A DNA stretch of 63,132 bases, the filler included, from Octopus bimaculoides (taxonomy: Eukaryota): NCBI RefSeq assembly GCF_001194135.2. It is 5 parts of 5 records of this genome, joined end to end, with 100 filler letters (N's around TTAATTAATTAA, not from the genome) between each part and the next. Parts side by side here need not be neighbours in the genome. Positions count along the whole stretch, not along the records: positions 1 to 16,483 come from NC_068988.1; 4 more parts are not named here. The stretch is one strand, 5' to 3'. Of the stretch, positions 1-12,320 are shown piece after piece. The notes under the pieces were generated by a model. That model was given only the letters and a program-made list of their open reading frames with translations. It was not told where the DNA came from and searched no databases. Position 1 is the stretch's first letter. Each line of letters opens with the position of its first letter. The translations under genes and the position numbers were made by a program.

Positions 1-63
1 GATATATATATATATGTGTGTGTGTATACACATAATACATATTTATATATATATATATATATA

Positions 64-1359
64 TTGGGTTGGCAACTAAGTTCCTGCCGTTTTATGAAAT
101 TTTAGAATTTATTGTGTTTTTAAATTTTGGAATCTACTTTCTTTGAGAATTCTATTTTTGAATCATTTTGGAATCTATTTTGTTTTTTTTTTTCTAGTAA
201 ACGTTAGTTAAATTATGTTTATTTTCAGATCATTAAAATGGAATGTCAAATTAAGAAAAACGAGCATTTTCAACACCTCCTTCATTTTGCTTTTAATCAA
301 AGTTCTAATTCCACAAAAGCTGCTCGTGACATTTGTGCTGTGTATGGAGGGGGTGCCATAGCTGAAAGAACCGCTCTTGATTGGTATGCCAAGTTCAAAA
401 ATGAAAATTTTGACCTCAATGACGCACCATGTTCTGGTCGTCCAGTTGAGTTTGATGAAGTGCGATTAAATCAACTCTTACATGAAAATTCTTGTCAAAC
501 GACAAGGTAACTGGCAGAGAAAATGGAATGCTCCCACACTGCTATAAAGAAGCATCTCCACATGATGGGAAAGGTTCAGAAGTATGGAGCATGAGTTCCG
601 CATGCTTTAAGTGACAACAACAAAAATCAATGAGCCACAATCTCCGCTGGTTTGCTTGCTTGTCACTGCTCAACTCATGGACACAAGCAACGATCTCTTT
701 ACCAAATTGTTACTGGTGATGAAAAATGGTGCCTGTACATCAATATGAAGCAGCATAAGGAATGGCTTAGCCCCGGTAAACATGCGACACTGTGTGTGAA
801 ATAAGATTTTCATCCGTGTAAAATGATGTTGTGCGTGTGGTGGGACTGGGAAAGGATTATCCATTACAAATTGCTTGAACGGAACCAATGGTCAATATGG
901 AACTCTATGTTCAACAGATGGAACAACTCAACATGGCTATTCAAGAGAAAAGACCTAATCGGCAGCTTGGAGTTCTTCTGCTGCACGACAACGCCTGCCC
1001 TCATATCACCAATATGACCAAGGAAGCCATTCAAACGCATGGCTGGGAAGTGCTGCCACACCCACCGTACACTCCTCATTTGGCACCAACGGATTTCCAC
1101 CTCTTTCGATCTCTTTCAAATGCTAGGCGCGGAGTTTCGTTTAATACTGATGCAGAATTGAGAGCTTGGCTGGATCAATTTTCCAAGTCGAAATCAGGTG
1201 ATTTCTACCAACAAGGTATTGAAAGTCTTGTTGAACATTGGGAAGAAATTGTAAACAACAAGGGCGAATACATTATTGATTAATTAGTTGTTATTTTTTA
1301 TTAAACCTTGAAAAAAATTTTAATTTAAAAATATGGTGGGAACTTAGTTGCCAACCTAA
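64..1359 (+). mobile_element. Full-length, inactivated mariner (DD34D) DNA transposon, ~1296 bp
   Basis: TIRs TTGGGTTGGCAACTAAGTTCC (64-84) and GGAACTTAGTTGCCAACCTAA (1339-1359), each flanked by TA. The transposase reading spans 238-1283 with motifs (W>stop)VPHAL, TGDEKW, HDNA and HPPYTPHLAPTDFHLF, interrupted by stops and a frameshift near 885. Confidence 0.96.
238..1283 (+). pseudogene. Mariner transposase pseudogene
   Basis: ORF pieces 238-510, 823-1017 and 888-1283 assemble into one mariner transposase with several in-frame stops and one frameshift. Confidence 0.93.
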
Positions 1360-1770
1360 TATATATATACATAGCATGAGGCATTATTGTATAGTAATGN
1401 NNNNNNNNNNNNNNNNNNNNNNNNNNNNNNNNNNNNNNNNNNNNNNNNNNNNNNNNNNNNNNNNNNNNNNNNNNNNNNNNNNNNNNNNNNNNNNNNNNNN
1501 NNNNNNNNNNNNNNNNNNNNNNNNNNNNNNNNNNNNNNNNNNNNNNNNNNNNNNNNNNNNNNNNNNNNNNNNNNNNNNNNNNNNNNNNNNNNNNNNNNNN
1601 NNNNNNNNNNNNNNNNNNNNNNNNNNNNNNNNNNNNNNNNNNNNNNNNNNNNNNNNNNNNNNNNNNNNNNNNNNNNNNNNNNNNNNNNNNNNNNNNNNNN
1701 NNNNNNNNNNNNNNNNNNNNNNNNNNNNNNNNNNNNNNNNNNNNNNNNNNNNNNNNNNNNNNNNNNNNNN

Positions 1771-1846
<76 letters not shown>
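1771..1846. repeat. (AT)n microsatellite beside an assembly gap
   Basis: Pure AT run after the N gap 1400-1770. Confidence 0.98.
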
Positions 1847-1853
<7 letters not shown>

Positions 1854-1894
1854 CATAATATATGTGTGTGCGTGTGTGTGTATGCATGCATATA

Positions 1895-2435
1895 TATATG
1901 AGATAATAGTGAAAGTATTAAAGTGAAAGTATTATCTCATGTTACTATAGAGATGTTATTGTTTCACTTTTGACACATAATACTGAAATAGTATAGGAGA
2001 TAAGAGATTGCTCCAGGTTTGCATTAGGCAAGAAGTGGAAAAATGTTTCATTGCACTGCCAAGCGCAGTTCTGTATGCCTTGGGTATGTGCTGAGCTTGA
2101 TTGTGATGCTCTTATTTTTACTGTACTGAAAGTGTTTTATGTAGGATATGTACAGTGCCTAGTAGTGCTATTTTCTGTATGTTATATATACTCATTAGTC
2201 CTGGTGTTTGTGTTATGTATTTGTCTGATTTTTTTATCATACCTAATATGCCTACTATGATAGGAATTGCTTCTGTGTTTAGACTCGGCATTCGAGTTAC
2301 CTCTATTTCCTGATCATTGTATTTTGAAAGTTTCTCTGTTTCTTTTAGAGAAACATTATCATCTGTTGGTATTGATACATCGATTATAAAGCAATTTTTC
2401 TTGGTGATCTCTGACAACTACATCCGGCCTATTGG
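1895..2435 (-). mobile_element. 3' fragment of an R4/Dong-type non-LTR retrotransposon (restriction-like endonuclease domain plus 3' UTR)
   Basis: Minus reading RPDVVVRD...CFIIDVSIPTDDNVSLKETEKLSKY...IPIIVGILG...IQKIALLGTVHILHKTL (ORF 2118-2417) carries the PD..D/E..K RLE signature and the typical C-terminal LLGT..ILRK motif. Confidence 0.85.
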
Positions 2436-2477
2436 CCTTAATTTCTCTATCGTCTTCTTCTTCTTATTATTATTGAG

Positions 2478-3024
2478 TGAGAAAGCAGTGCGTGCCAACA
2501 AAATGACACTGGGGTAAAATATATGAAACCCAGTATACCCATCATGACTACCTGTCTGATAAGGGTAAAATAGGCATATGCATCACAATCATATGCGTGT
2601 GATATAGTGATTTCATATCAAGATAAACAGCACATGACCTTGCCGGTGGGGGCCCAGTTAGAATTTTCTTCAGGAGTAGCTCCACCTGCTCAAAAGGTCC
2701 CTGAATAAGGGTTGGTTAAGGATGTTGAACAAAACACCCATGTTTCCAAAGGTGAATTATCCAATCCCCAAAGAATTCCTTTCAGCACATGGCTATGATG
2801 CTCCCCCACTACTTCTGCTTGTGATCAGGGATGCACATATCATCAGCCACTAAGGGACATGCTCAACTAGTTAAGGTCAAGCAACTAACAAACAAATCTG
2901 GTATTGAGCAGGATATTTGCTGTAACCTGTCTTTTATACCAAGACAAAACAATCTACAAGATAACACTTCCAATCAATTAAGATCAGAAGCGATGAGAGC
3001 CATTGCATGGTACTGCATCAGGGC

Positions 3025-3027
<3 letters not shown>
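2478..3027. repeat. ~550-bp non-coding interspersed repeat bounded by (CTT/ATT)n arrays
   Basis: GC-elevated non-coding block between two R4-type fragments, with sharp microsatellite borders. It resembles an abundant octopus repeat from recall; there is no second copy in this window. Confidence 0.45.
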
Positions 3028-3073
<46 letters not shown>

Positions 3074-3075
3074 TA

Positions 3076-4310
3076 TTGTCTTTACACAGCTTCTAACACT
3101 GGAGATGTACTATGGTACCAGCTGTTCACTACCAGTGAACTAAGGCAACACCCCTTATTTTTCAAGGTCGCACTGAACCATAAAATCCCATAGGATCTTT
3201 GCATTTCTCTTTCCGATAATGCCTTTGGGTTTATGGTCGTACCAATTTTTTGCTTTGTCAAGTTCATACTTGTTGCAGAGTATCCAATGGACAAGCCTAG
3301 CTATATTGTTGTGACGTCTCTTATATTCCTTCTGGGCTAGTGGCGTACATTGGCTGGTAATATGCCATACGGTATCACTGTTTTGTCCACAGATTCTGCA
3401 CTTATCACTTTCTGCTGTATTGTCTATTCTGTATTTTATGAAGTTTGTTCTTAGTGCTTGCTCTTGGGCAGCACAGATTAGAGCCTCCGTTTCTGGTTTT
3501 AAACCACTTTTAATCGTCCACAGTCATCATTTTTCTCTGTCTGCCTTATCTTCAACATCCCTATGAAATTGACCATGCATTCTTTTACCCAGCTATTTTC
3601 AGTTTCATTCATTTTCAATTTCTTGTATAGTGCTTTATCTTTGCGGTCTTTCACCCTACACAAGCCTGACCTTCCTACTTCTAATAATAGTGGTTCTGTG
3701 GCATTTTTTACATACCAAGCTATGTTGCTTTCTTCTGCTCCAATGCTGTGTGTGCATCCAATAAGTTCTCTTCCCCCTCTTTTTCTTTGCACATACAGTC
3801 TGTCTGTGTCACTTTTTGGGTGGAGTGACCCATATCTAGTTAGCAACTTCCTTGTCTTTCTGTCTAAGCTGTTTAGTTTGTCTACTGTCCATGCTATTAC
3901 CCCTGTTCCATATCTAAGGAGTGAAACCGCCCAGGTGTTGATAGCTTCAATCTTATTCCGTCCATTAAATCTTGACTTAAGGATCAGTCTCAGTCTGCAC
4001 AAGTACTCCACCTTAAATTTTTCTGTCATTTCTTTCTCATCAATTTATCCATTTCCAAAATGCCCGAGTACTTATAGCCCGTCTCTTCTATCTGCTTCAT
4101 AACCTCTCCTGACGGTATCGTTAACCCATCCATACATTTGATTTTGCCTCTCTTCAATACTAACACACCACACTTTCTCAGTCCGAACTCTATTCTGATA
4201 TCAGCACTGAAGGTATACACTGTATCAACGAGGGTATTGACTTGGGATTCATCTTTACCATACAGTTTGAGGTGATCCATGAATAACAAATGGTTGACTT
4301 TTTGCTGGCA
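3076..4310 (-). mobile_element. 5'-truncated R4/Dong-type LINE fragment (end of RT, linker, CCHC zinc knuckle)
   Basis: LFMDHLKLYGK (degenerate YxDD), EYLCRLRLILKSRFNGRNKIEAINTWAVSLLRY, LHPKSDTDRLYVQRKRGGRELI, CRICGQNSDTVWHITSQC (CCHC) and RHNNIARLVHWILCNKY...KILWDF, with frameshifts. Confidence 0.92.
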
Positions 4311-4322
4311 GCTTTTGAATAC

Positions 4323-4325
<3 letters not shown>

Positions 4326-4398
<73 letters not shown>
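4326..4398. repeat. (ATT)n microsatellite
   Basis: Long perfect ATT run directly abutting the R4-type fragment. Confidence 0.98.
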
Positions 4399-5604
4399 AT
4401 TATATGTGGATAGAAAATGGAATAAAGTTACAAGTAGGGTAGTCATGCCGAAAGAGAGCTACCATTGAAAGGTCAAACCAAAATGCTTCACTGGACAAAA
4501 TCACTTCTTGTGAAAAACGATGTGTTCACTAGTTAGGAGACCCATCTGTTGTCAACATCCTTACATAGAGAACTTGGCGTGCCATGCTGCTAATGACCAG
4601 ACATGTGTAGAAGTATGACATCTACAAATATTTCTAGATACAGTGGAGGTGTGATTGCCCTTTGTCAGGTAGATTTGCCTCAGCTCATCTCTTTGACAAA
4701 GTAGCAGCTCTGTATCAAGCTGAGACCTAGACTGAGAACTTGTCTTGAATACTATCAAGACACACAGTACTCCACCACTTAGGTTATACAGTCAATGGAA
4801 CTTCCATTTTGACTTTCTATAGCGAACTAGTGGTGGAGAAGAGCAATAACATTCTCAAGGAAATTTTAGGTTGGTCCTGGAGAACTTTCAGCACAAGAAC
4901 TGTGGCTAATTTCTGGAAATCCCTAGACTGACAATGTTACAGAGGGATATTGTAAATTCAGTGTCCAAGCATTGCTGATGAGTGGTGTTTGGTCAAACAG
5001 CTGTTGTTGTGGGTTGCCTGTATCTGGCTGTCAATCAAGTCAGTTATGAAGCTCACCCACTATATGTCTCTGGCTGGAAAGGGCAGGCAATTTTCCTTTA
5101 ACTGGTGGCTTTGATGAAATAGATTGTGTGACAGACAAGACTGATAGAACTGATGACACATGACCAGGTCCTCATAAACCTTTCCAAGTTTCTCTTCAAA
5201 AGGAAAGTGAGGTTAGAAAGGGTCTAGCCTTGTTGAAAGGTGGGTAAAAGTAGTGAGCTTGGTATGAGTGAATAAGCCTATGCTGAACATGCTCCTAATT
5301 GTAGGCTAGGAAGAGCAGATGACAGAGGTCACTTGCCCTTGGTAGCCAGGGCTATTGATTTTATAGGGTTTCCTTGAATGACCTTTTACAGTGATTCATC
5401 CTATTGAGGAATTTTGTTTGTTGAAATTTTGTTGGGGCTTTGGTATCGATATCTTTTATACAATTCAAGTGAACGCCTTGCTATGTTTTGTCACTTTGTT
5501 ATTGTGTTCACTCCTTCTTTGAACCCTAATGAAGAAATAATTATTATCATCATTATTATTATTATTTATAATAATAACAACAATAATAATAATAATACAA
5601 ATAA

Positions 5605-5962
5605 TTGAAATACAAAAGATGTGGCATCTTAAAGCGAGAACTATTCCTGTTATTGTGGGTGCCCTATGTATAATAAGAAAGGGATGTCAAAAATATCTAG
5701 ATAATACCCCAGGAGAACCATGTCTCAGAAAAATCCAAAAGATTGTGCTGACAAGTACTGTCAACATACTAAGAAAAACCCTGTCAATTTAAATGTCTGT
5801 GTTGTATTACATGAAGATATTCCACTACTGCCCCTGCCACTTCCTCTCCCCAAACTTTCAGTCATACTGTAACATCTCTTCTCCTTCACTTGCCCTAGGT
5901 TGCTGGGTGTGTCTCAGTAAGTGATTGTTACAGACATGCAGATTAAAAGTAAATAATAATAA
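5605..5962 (+). mobile_element. Short 3' fragment of an R4/Dong-type LINE with an (AAT)n tail
   Basis: Plus reading IEIQKMWHLKARTIPVIVGALCII...IQKIVLTSTVNILRKTLSI-stop, then a 3' UTR ending in AATAATAATAA. It begins right after an (ATT)/(AAT) array. Confidence 0.8.
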
Positions 5963-7204
5963 CACTATCATGGTAAATCATTGTCCCTTTGCAATTTGGA
6001 CTGGTAGGGTCAGAAGATGTACCTTTATCTAAAGAAGGAAAAACAATCATTGAAACTTTTTGTATTGGTAATCAAAAACAGACTTGGGAAGTTGCCAAGC
6101 ATCTGACCACCAATATTTTTCTTGCCAAGAGTTTAAGTACAAGGAGATAGAGATGGAGATGGGGGATAGGAGTGAGAAGGAAATAAATAAATAATTATAT
6201 ATAAAAAATAATTCAACTAAACAAAAATGAAAGAAGAAATTTGGGTGAAGAAGTGGGGTTGGGGATGAGAGAAGTCATTCAAAGGAAAAAGAAAAATCTA
6301 TATCAGATATTTCGATTATGATCTACTTATATCTCTTTAATTTGAGTCAAACTTGTGATGTAAGCAATGTCCCACAAAAGAAACAAGTGGTTTTATTTTG
6401 TTTCATTTCTTTTCTTTTCTTTCTTTCTATCCTTGATTTTGTTCAGCAATTAGGCTTCCATGTAATTTTTTAAATATTTTTGTTTATTAATTCTTTAAAA
6501 ATCAATGATACTTTGTGAAAAAAAAATTAGTATTAAAAGTAATTATCTGCTGTCATCATGACCATCATAATCATCATCACCGTCTTCATCATCATCATCA
6601 CCACCACCACTCTCATCATCTTTATGACTGGCTGAGAAGAATTAGGCATAAACCCAATACTGAAGAATTTCAGACTATCACAAAATGACCATAGCTTTCC
6701 CATCAGGAAACAGTAAAAACATATAAAGTAGCAGAATCCTACAAATAAGGGTAGAATATGGAAAAGGTGGAAAGGAAGAATTGGAAACATTGTTATTGTC
6801 GTGGTTGAAATTAAAGAATATAAACAGTCCTGACAGAATTGGGGTAATAGTTGTTGAGAATTATATACTATAATCCAAATACATACACAAAAGATTAAAA
6901 GGAGTAGCAATTCATACAGACAGGGAGATTTGAGAAAATTCTTCCATATTATTAAGAAAGACCATCAAGGAAAAAAATTTCCCCTAATTTATGCTATTCC
7001 AATGGTAATGATATTTGTGGAAGAACTAGGGAAACTAGTCAGATGTAAAAGTTCAGAAATGAAGGTAACCAGAGCTTGGGGATTAAAAATAAAAAAGACC
7101 TTCCCTAAATTTTGGTACCTGGAAATCATTAAAAGTGATGCCAAGTAATATACAAATCACCAAACATAAAGACACACACACACACACATGTATGTGTGTG
7201 CGTG

Positions 7205-7365
7205 TGCAGGTGCGTCTGTGTGGTAAGAAGCTTGCTTCTCAACCACATGGTTCCAGGTTCAGTCCCACTGTGTGACACCTTGGGCAAGTATCTTCTACCA
7301 TAGCCTTGGGATCACCAAAGCCTAGTGAGTGGATTTGGTAGGTGGAAACTGAAAGAAGCTTGTCT

Positions 7366-7372
<7 letters not shown>
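7205..7372 (+). mobile_element. tRNA-derived SINE family A (head plus CORE-like segment)
   Basis: A-box-like TGTGTGGT, B-box-like GGTTCAGTCC and CCTTGGGCAAGT; homologous to more than 10 other copies in the window. Confidence 0.85.
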
Positions 7373-7399
<27 letters not shown>

Positions 7400-7407
<8 letters not shown>

Positions 7408-10400
7408 AGAAAGAAAAGTAATGTAAAAGTTTGTATANNNNNNNNNNNNNNNNNNNNNNNNNNNNNNNNNNNNNNNNNNNNNNNNNNNNNNNNNNNNNNN
7501 NNNNNNNNNNNNNNNNNNNNNNNNNNNNNNNNNNNNNNNNNNNNNNNNNNNNNNNNNNNNNNNNNNNNNNNNNNNNNNNNNNNNNNNNNNNNNNNNNNNN
7601 NNNNNNNNNNNNNNNNNNNNNNNNNNNNNNNNNNNNNNNNNNNNNNTAGGACGCCATCTTTGAAAAAAGTGAACAGAGATGAAGCAATATGTTAAGGGGA
7701 GCAAAACCTCCTTAAACAAAAACTTGCATTCTGGAACATGATTAAAAATCAAAACAAAGCAGAAATCTATGACCATTGGAAAATTTCAACCCCTATAATA
7801 CTTCCACAGAAATTCAAAATCAAAGCAATTCCAAATGAACCTGCCGAACAAACAAAAATTAAGGAAAAACATGCACTCTTCCATTTTACTTCAGAAATTG
7901 AGCTATTAAAACTAAGAGCCTCAAACAATGAAGAAAAATACAAAAACATCGACGAAGAAATGCTCCAGGAAATAAACAAATACACAGACAAACACTCACC
8001 TGAAAACATTGTTAAACTCTGGAAAGAAAATTGTGAGAAAGAGGAAAGAATCTCCCTCCTACGCTGGGAGGAGAATAACAATTTTTTTCACAGGTACAAA
8101 TCCAATTCTAAAGAAAATACCACCGCAGACAACCCATACCTGAAGAATAAGACAGGACACAATAAAAAGAATCCTAACAACAAACAAATTCACTCTCCCC
8201 ATCAAAACACGATGGGAAACGACCCCATAAACACCCACTTCCATACATACACCATGACAAGATATCCCAACCATACCTAAATACCAGGTATAGCCCCCAG
8301 ATTCCCCAGAAATACTGGTCCCCACAAAACACAAAAACCTCTAGGAGCAGGAACATTCCACGGTCTAAAGACCTAGTTTTCACCCACTTTGGCAGTACTC
8401 ACCCTACCCCTCAGGGACTATTGAAAATACCAGGCACGACACACAATAATGAACAGGACTACACCCCATTCAGTAACATCCACCGCTGCAAGGGATTATT
8501 AAAAGCACCAGGCACTACATAAAATTATGAACATAGACTTTGCAAACACCCATACAATCATAACAACCTAATCCCTCAACTTCACTACCCACTCAATGGA
8601 AATCCTCATTTTTACACGAACAACCCATACACACACAAAAACAACATCCCACAACCACTAACCAGAGAAAAGAGGATCTGTTTTGAACCACACATAACAC
8701 TAGACATCTCCACAAACGAAACACTCCAAAACAACGACGTTACCACACACTACCCCCCCCCCCCAAGCAACCCATATCCAAACAAGCAACATTTTTTAGT
8801 CACACACCAGAGGAAACAGATAACAAGGTGAAGCCTGAGACACAGGAGAAACTCAAGGAAATCAACCTCTCCCACTCATCCTTATCTGACATTAAGATTT
8901 AAGATAGACATCCTCTCCAAAGGACTCAAATTCACACCGACACCCTGCAGAGCCAATCAAAGTGAAATTAAAGACAGTGTCTCAGAGTTCTGCAGGAAAT
9001 TAAGACTTGCAGGGACACTGACCGACTTTGATGATCTGGATGAATCACTGGCCAAGAACAAAAGCGAGTACACCCCACCACAAAGAAAGAAACAAAAACC
9101 TTGATGAATTTTGTAAACACATCGAAAACTTTCCCTATCACACCCTGCACAAACAAAAAACCATCCCAAACCACAACAAAATCCAATAGAAGGAAATTAA
9201 TGAACTACAAAACAATAAAGAAATTACAATCAAAGAAACGGACAAAGGCAGCGCAGAAATCTAGTCATGTCCTTACTACTACAGAAATCTAGTCATGTCC
9301 TTACTAAACAACAATGAGTATTATGAAGAAATCAACAACTACAATCCCCCCAAAATAATGAAAAGCTTCTCCTCACTAATACATACCCACGGGAAGACCT
9401 CACAAAAAAGGAAGTAGATTTCCTAATAAATTTCAAATACAAACTCAACCTTTTCTATGGCCTCCCCAAAATCCACAAAAGCCCAGCCATCAACGAAGCC
9501 ATCAACAACTCACCACATACATACATACATACACCAACATCAGGAGACCTTAAATTACAACCTATCATAGCTGGCCCATCCTGTAAGACATGCAGATTAA
9601 GTTACTTCATGGACATTCTCCTGAAGCCACATCTAAAACATATTAGAAGTTACATCAGAGATGATTTAGACATGCTGAACCATCTCCCGGGACAGGTCGG
9701 GGAAGAATCCCTCATGGTCTCCTTCGATCTTATAAACCTATACTCCAACATTCCACATGAATATGGAATGGAAGCGATTCAATTCTGGCTAGAACTACAT
9801 CCAGAAGAAATACCAGAACGAATAAACAAAACCTTCATCATTGAATCAATTAAATTCATTTTCCAGAATAATCATTTCATTTTTGCCACCAACTGCTACC
9901 ACCAAATAGCGGGAATTGCGATGGGCACGAGAGCAGCACTTACCATTGCCAACCTCACAATGGGATTCTTAGAGAAAAAAAATATAGCAGAATTCACTGC
10001 AAAAAATTGGAGACCCCCTCACCCAATACATTAAAGAGAATTGAAAGAGATACCTGGATGACTGTTTCATACTCTAGAATAGCAACTTAAACAAACTCCT
10101 AGAATTTAAAACACTTCTGAACAGCATCCACACAAGCATTCAATTCACAATGGAATAAAACCAGGAGGCACTTCCATTCCGAGACATTCTAATTAAAAAA
10201 CAAACAACAAAATCGAAACAGACATATTTTATAAAACAACAGATGCAAAACAATACCTTCTCTTTAGCTTTTGCCATCCTAGACACACAAAAACAAACAA
10301 CCCCTTCAACCTTGCAAGAAGAATCTGCACTATTGTCTCGGAGAAAAAAAAATCTAGAGATTTAAGACTACAAGAACTGAAAAACATCCTCCTGGATAGA

Positions 10401-11353
10401 CACTACCCAATCCAACTCATTAATGAAGGAATAAAACATGCCAAATGTATCAACACTAAGACATTAAGAAAAACCTCTCCTTAAAACACTACTTTACTTT
10501 TCCACATACAACCCCAGAAACAAAGAAGCATTATCACAATCATACAAAACCTACCAATACTACAGAAGGACCCACAACTAAAAAGAATTTTACGTGACAT
10601 TAAAATTGTCAAAAAGCAACAAACAACCTAAGTCATTAAAGAAACTGCTAACTAATGTAAAATTATTCCCCTCCACAACAAGCCCCAAAGTAAAAACAAT
10701 GTAATCACCCCAACTGTGGTACATGCCCCAGCCTTTTGGAAGGGTCAGAATACTATTTTAAATAAGGGTAACACTTTACAATTAAATCAAATTTCCCTTG
10801 TGTATCCGAAAATCTGATCTACATAATCAGATGCTCAGGTTGCCAGAAAGACAATATCGGCAGGATGGGGAATTCTATCCGTCAACGTTGTGTGATGCAT
10901 CATCAAAAGATAGCCTCATCACAGTACCACCAAATTTATCTCAGTGAACATATCGACGTATCTACGAAACAAATACAGCCTAAATTCACTATTTTCCCTT
11001 TACATAAATTTGCTGACTGGACTTCTACACAAGCCCGACTCAATAAAGAGACATATTTCATCCAAAAATACAAATCTGAACTAAACACTAATTCATTTTA
11101 ATTGTATTATTAATTGTCACTTAATTACTTGACTCCTGGACACCCATTCATATTCAAACCTGAGTCATGGGAGGTCCGACATGACTCTTATGAATAAAGT
11201 ATTCATATTGGCAATTGCTTTGTTGTTCATTTTCTATTGGACTGATTTATTTTATTCAGTTATAGAATTTCAACATATACAAAAAAGTTATATATGTATG
11301 TCAACCACAATTTTTAGGTATCAATTACTGTTCATACTTATGTGTGTGCGTGC

Positions 11354-11408
<55 letters not shown>

Positions 11409-11830
11409 CACATACATACATACATATTTTACAAGAGATGTTAGAGCATAAAATACATGCATATACACTCATTCACACATTACTGCTTAATCTTTAAAGC
11501 TTAGTATGGTAATATAATTAACTGTATATAGAATGAAATGACTCCTGTAACTATATGCTTGCCAAAAACACTGAAGACCTGCATGAAAAAATGAGAGTTG
11601 CTCCCCTTGACATATTGCTTCATCTCCGTTCACTTTTTTCAAAGATGGTGTCCTATTGACAGCAAAAACGTTTTCTCTATATAAGTTGACAATCATTTGA
11701 TCGTGAAACTGGTACTTATTTAATTTGTAATTATGTAATGATGTAATATGATTCTAATATCGCCATAAACTTTATTATAAAACTTTCTGTGACTTTTACA
11801 TTTCTTTTCTTTCTTATATACCTATCCCAC
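7400..11830 (+). mobile_element. Near full-length decayed Penelope-like element (RT + GIY-YIG) with an inverted 5' partial pseudo-LTR
   Basis: DILSKGLKFTPTP, SFDLINLYSNIPH, QIAGIAMGTRAA..IANLTMG, KRYLDDCFI (10045-10071) and NLIYIIRCSGCQKDNIG. 7647-7710 and 7403-7430 are reverse complements of 11598-11657 and 11793-11822. Confidence 0.9.
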
Positions 11831-12057
11831 GTGTCTGTCACTATATGTCACTTTTTTTAAAATTACTGATATGACATGATATATCACATGTCTTTGTATA
11901 TTGTTATTATTGTCCTTTTAGTAAACAAATAAACAAGTAAATTGACACAGTACTCTGCAAGTTGATGAATACCACCTATTCCCCTCCATTTTTTTATTGT
12001 TATATATATATATATATATATATATACATACATATATATATATGTATNNNNNNNNNN

Positions 12058-12096
<39 letters not shown>

Positions 12097-12117
12097 ATAT
12101 ATATATATATATCTATG

Positions 12118-12320
12118 TGTGTCTGTTTTTGTCCTCCCATCACCACTTGACAACTAGTGTTGGTGTGCTTACATCTCCGTAACTTAGTGGTTCAGCAAAA
12201 CAACCGATAGAATAAATACTGAGCATAAAAAATAAGTACTGGAGTTGATTCATTCCACTAAATATTCAAGGCAGTGCCCCAGCATGCCTACAGACTGAAA
12301 CAGGTAAAAGATAAAAGATA
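12118..12320 (+). mobile_element. SINE family A 3' half
   Basis: Matches the family A tail (GCTTGACAAC..GGTGTG..CCGTAACTTAG..GACTGAAACAAGTAAAAGA). Confidence 0.75.

Noticed and set aside
6620-7150. A-rich block with faint endonuclease-like peptides
   Set aside because: No diagnostic motif could be recovered; stops in all frames.
7205-7290. tRNA-like A/B boxes here and in other SINE heads
   Set aside because: No complete cloverleaf; each continues into a SINE body, so no tRNA gene was called.
11571-11588. CTGAAGA...GAAA as a hammerhead core
   Set aside because: No pairing stem II, stem III or stem I could be built.
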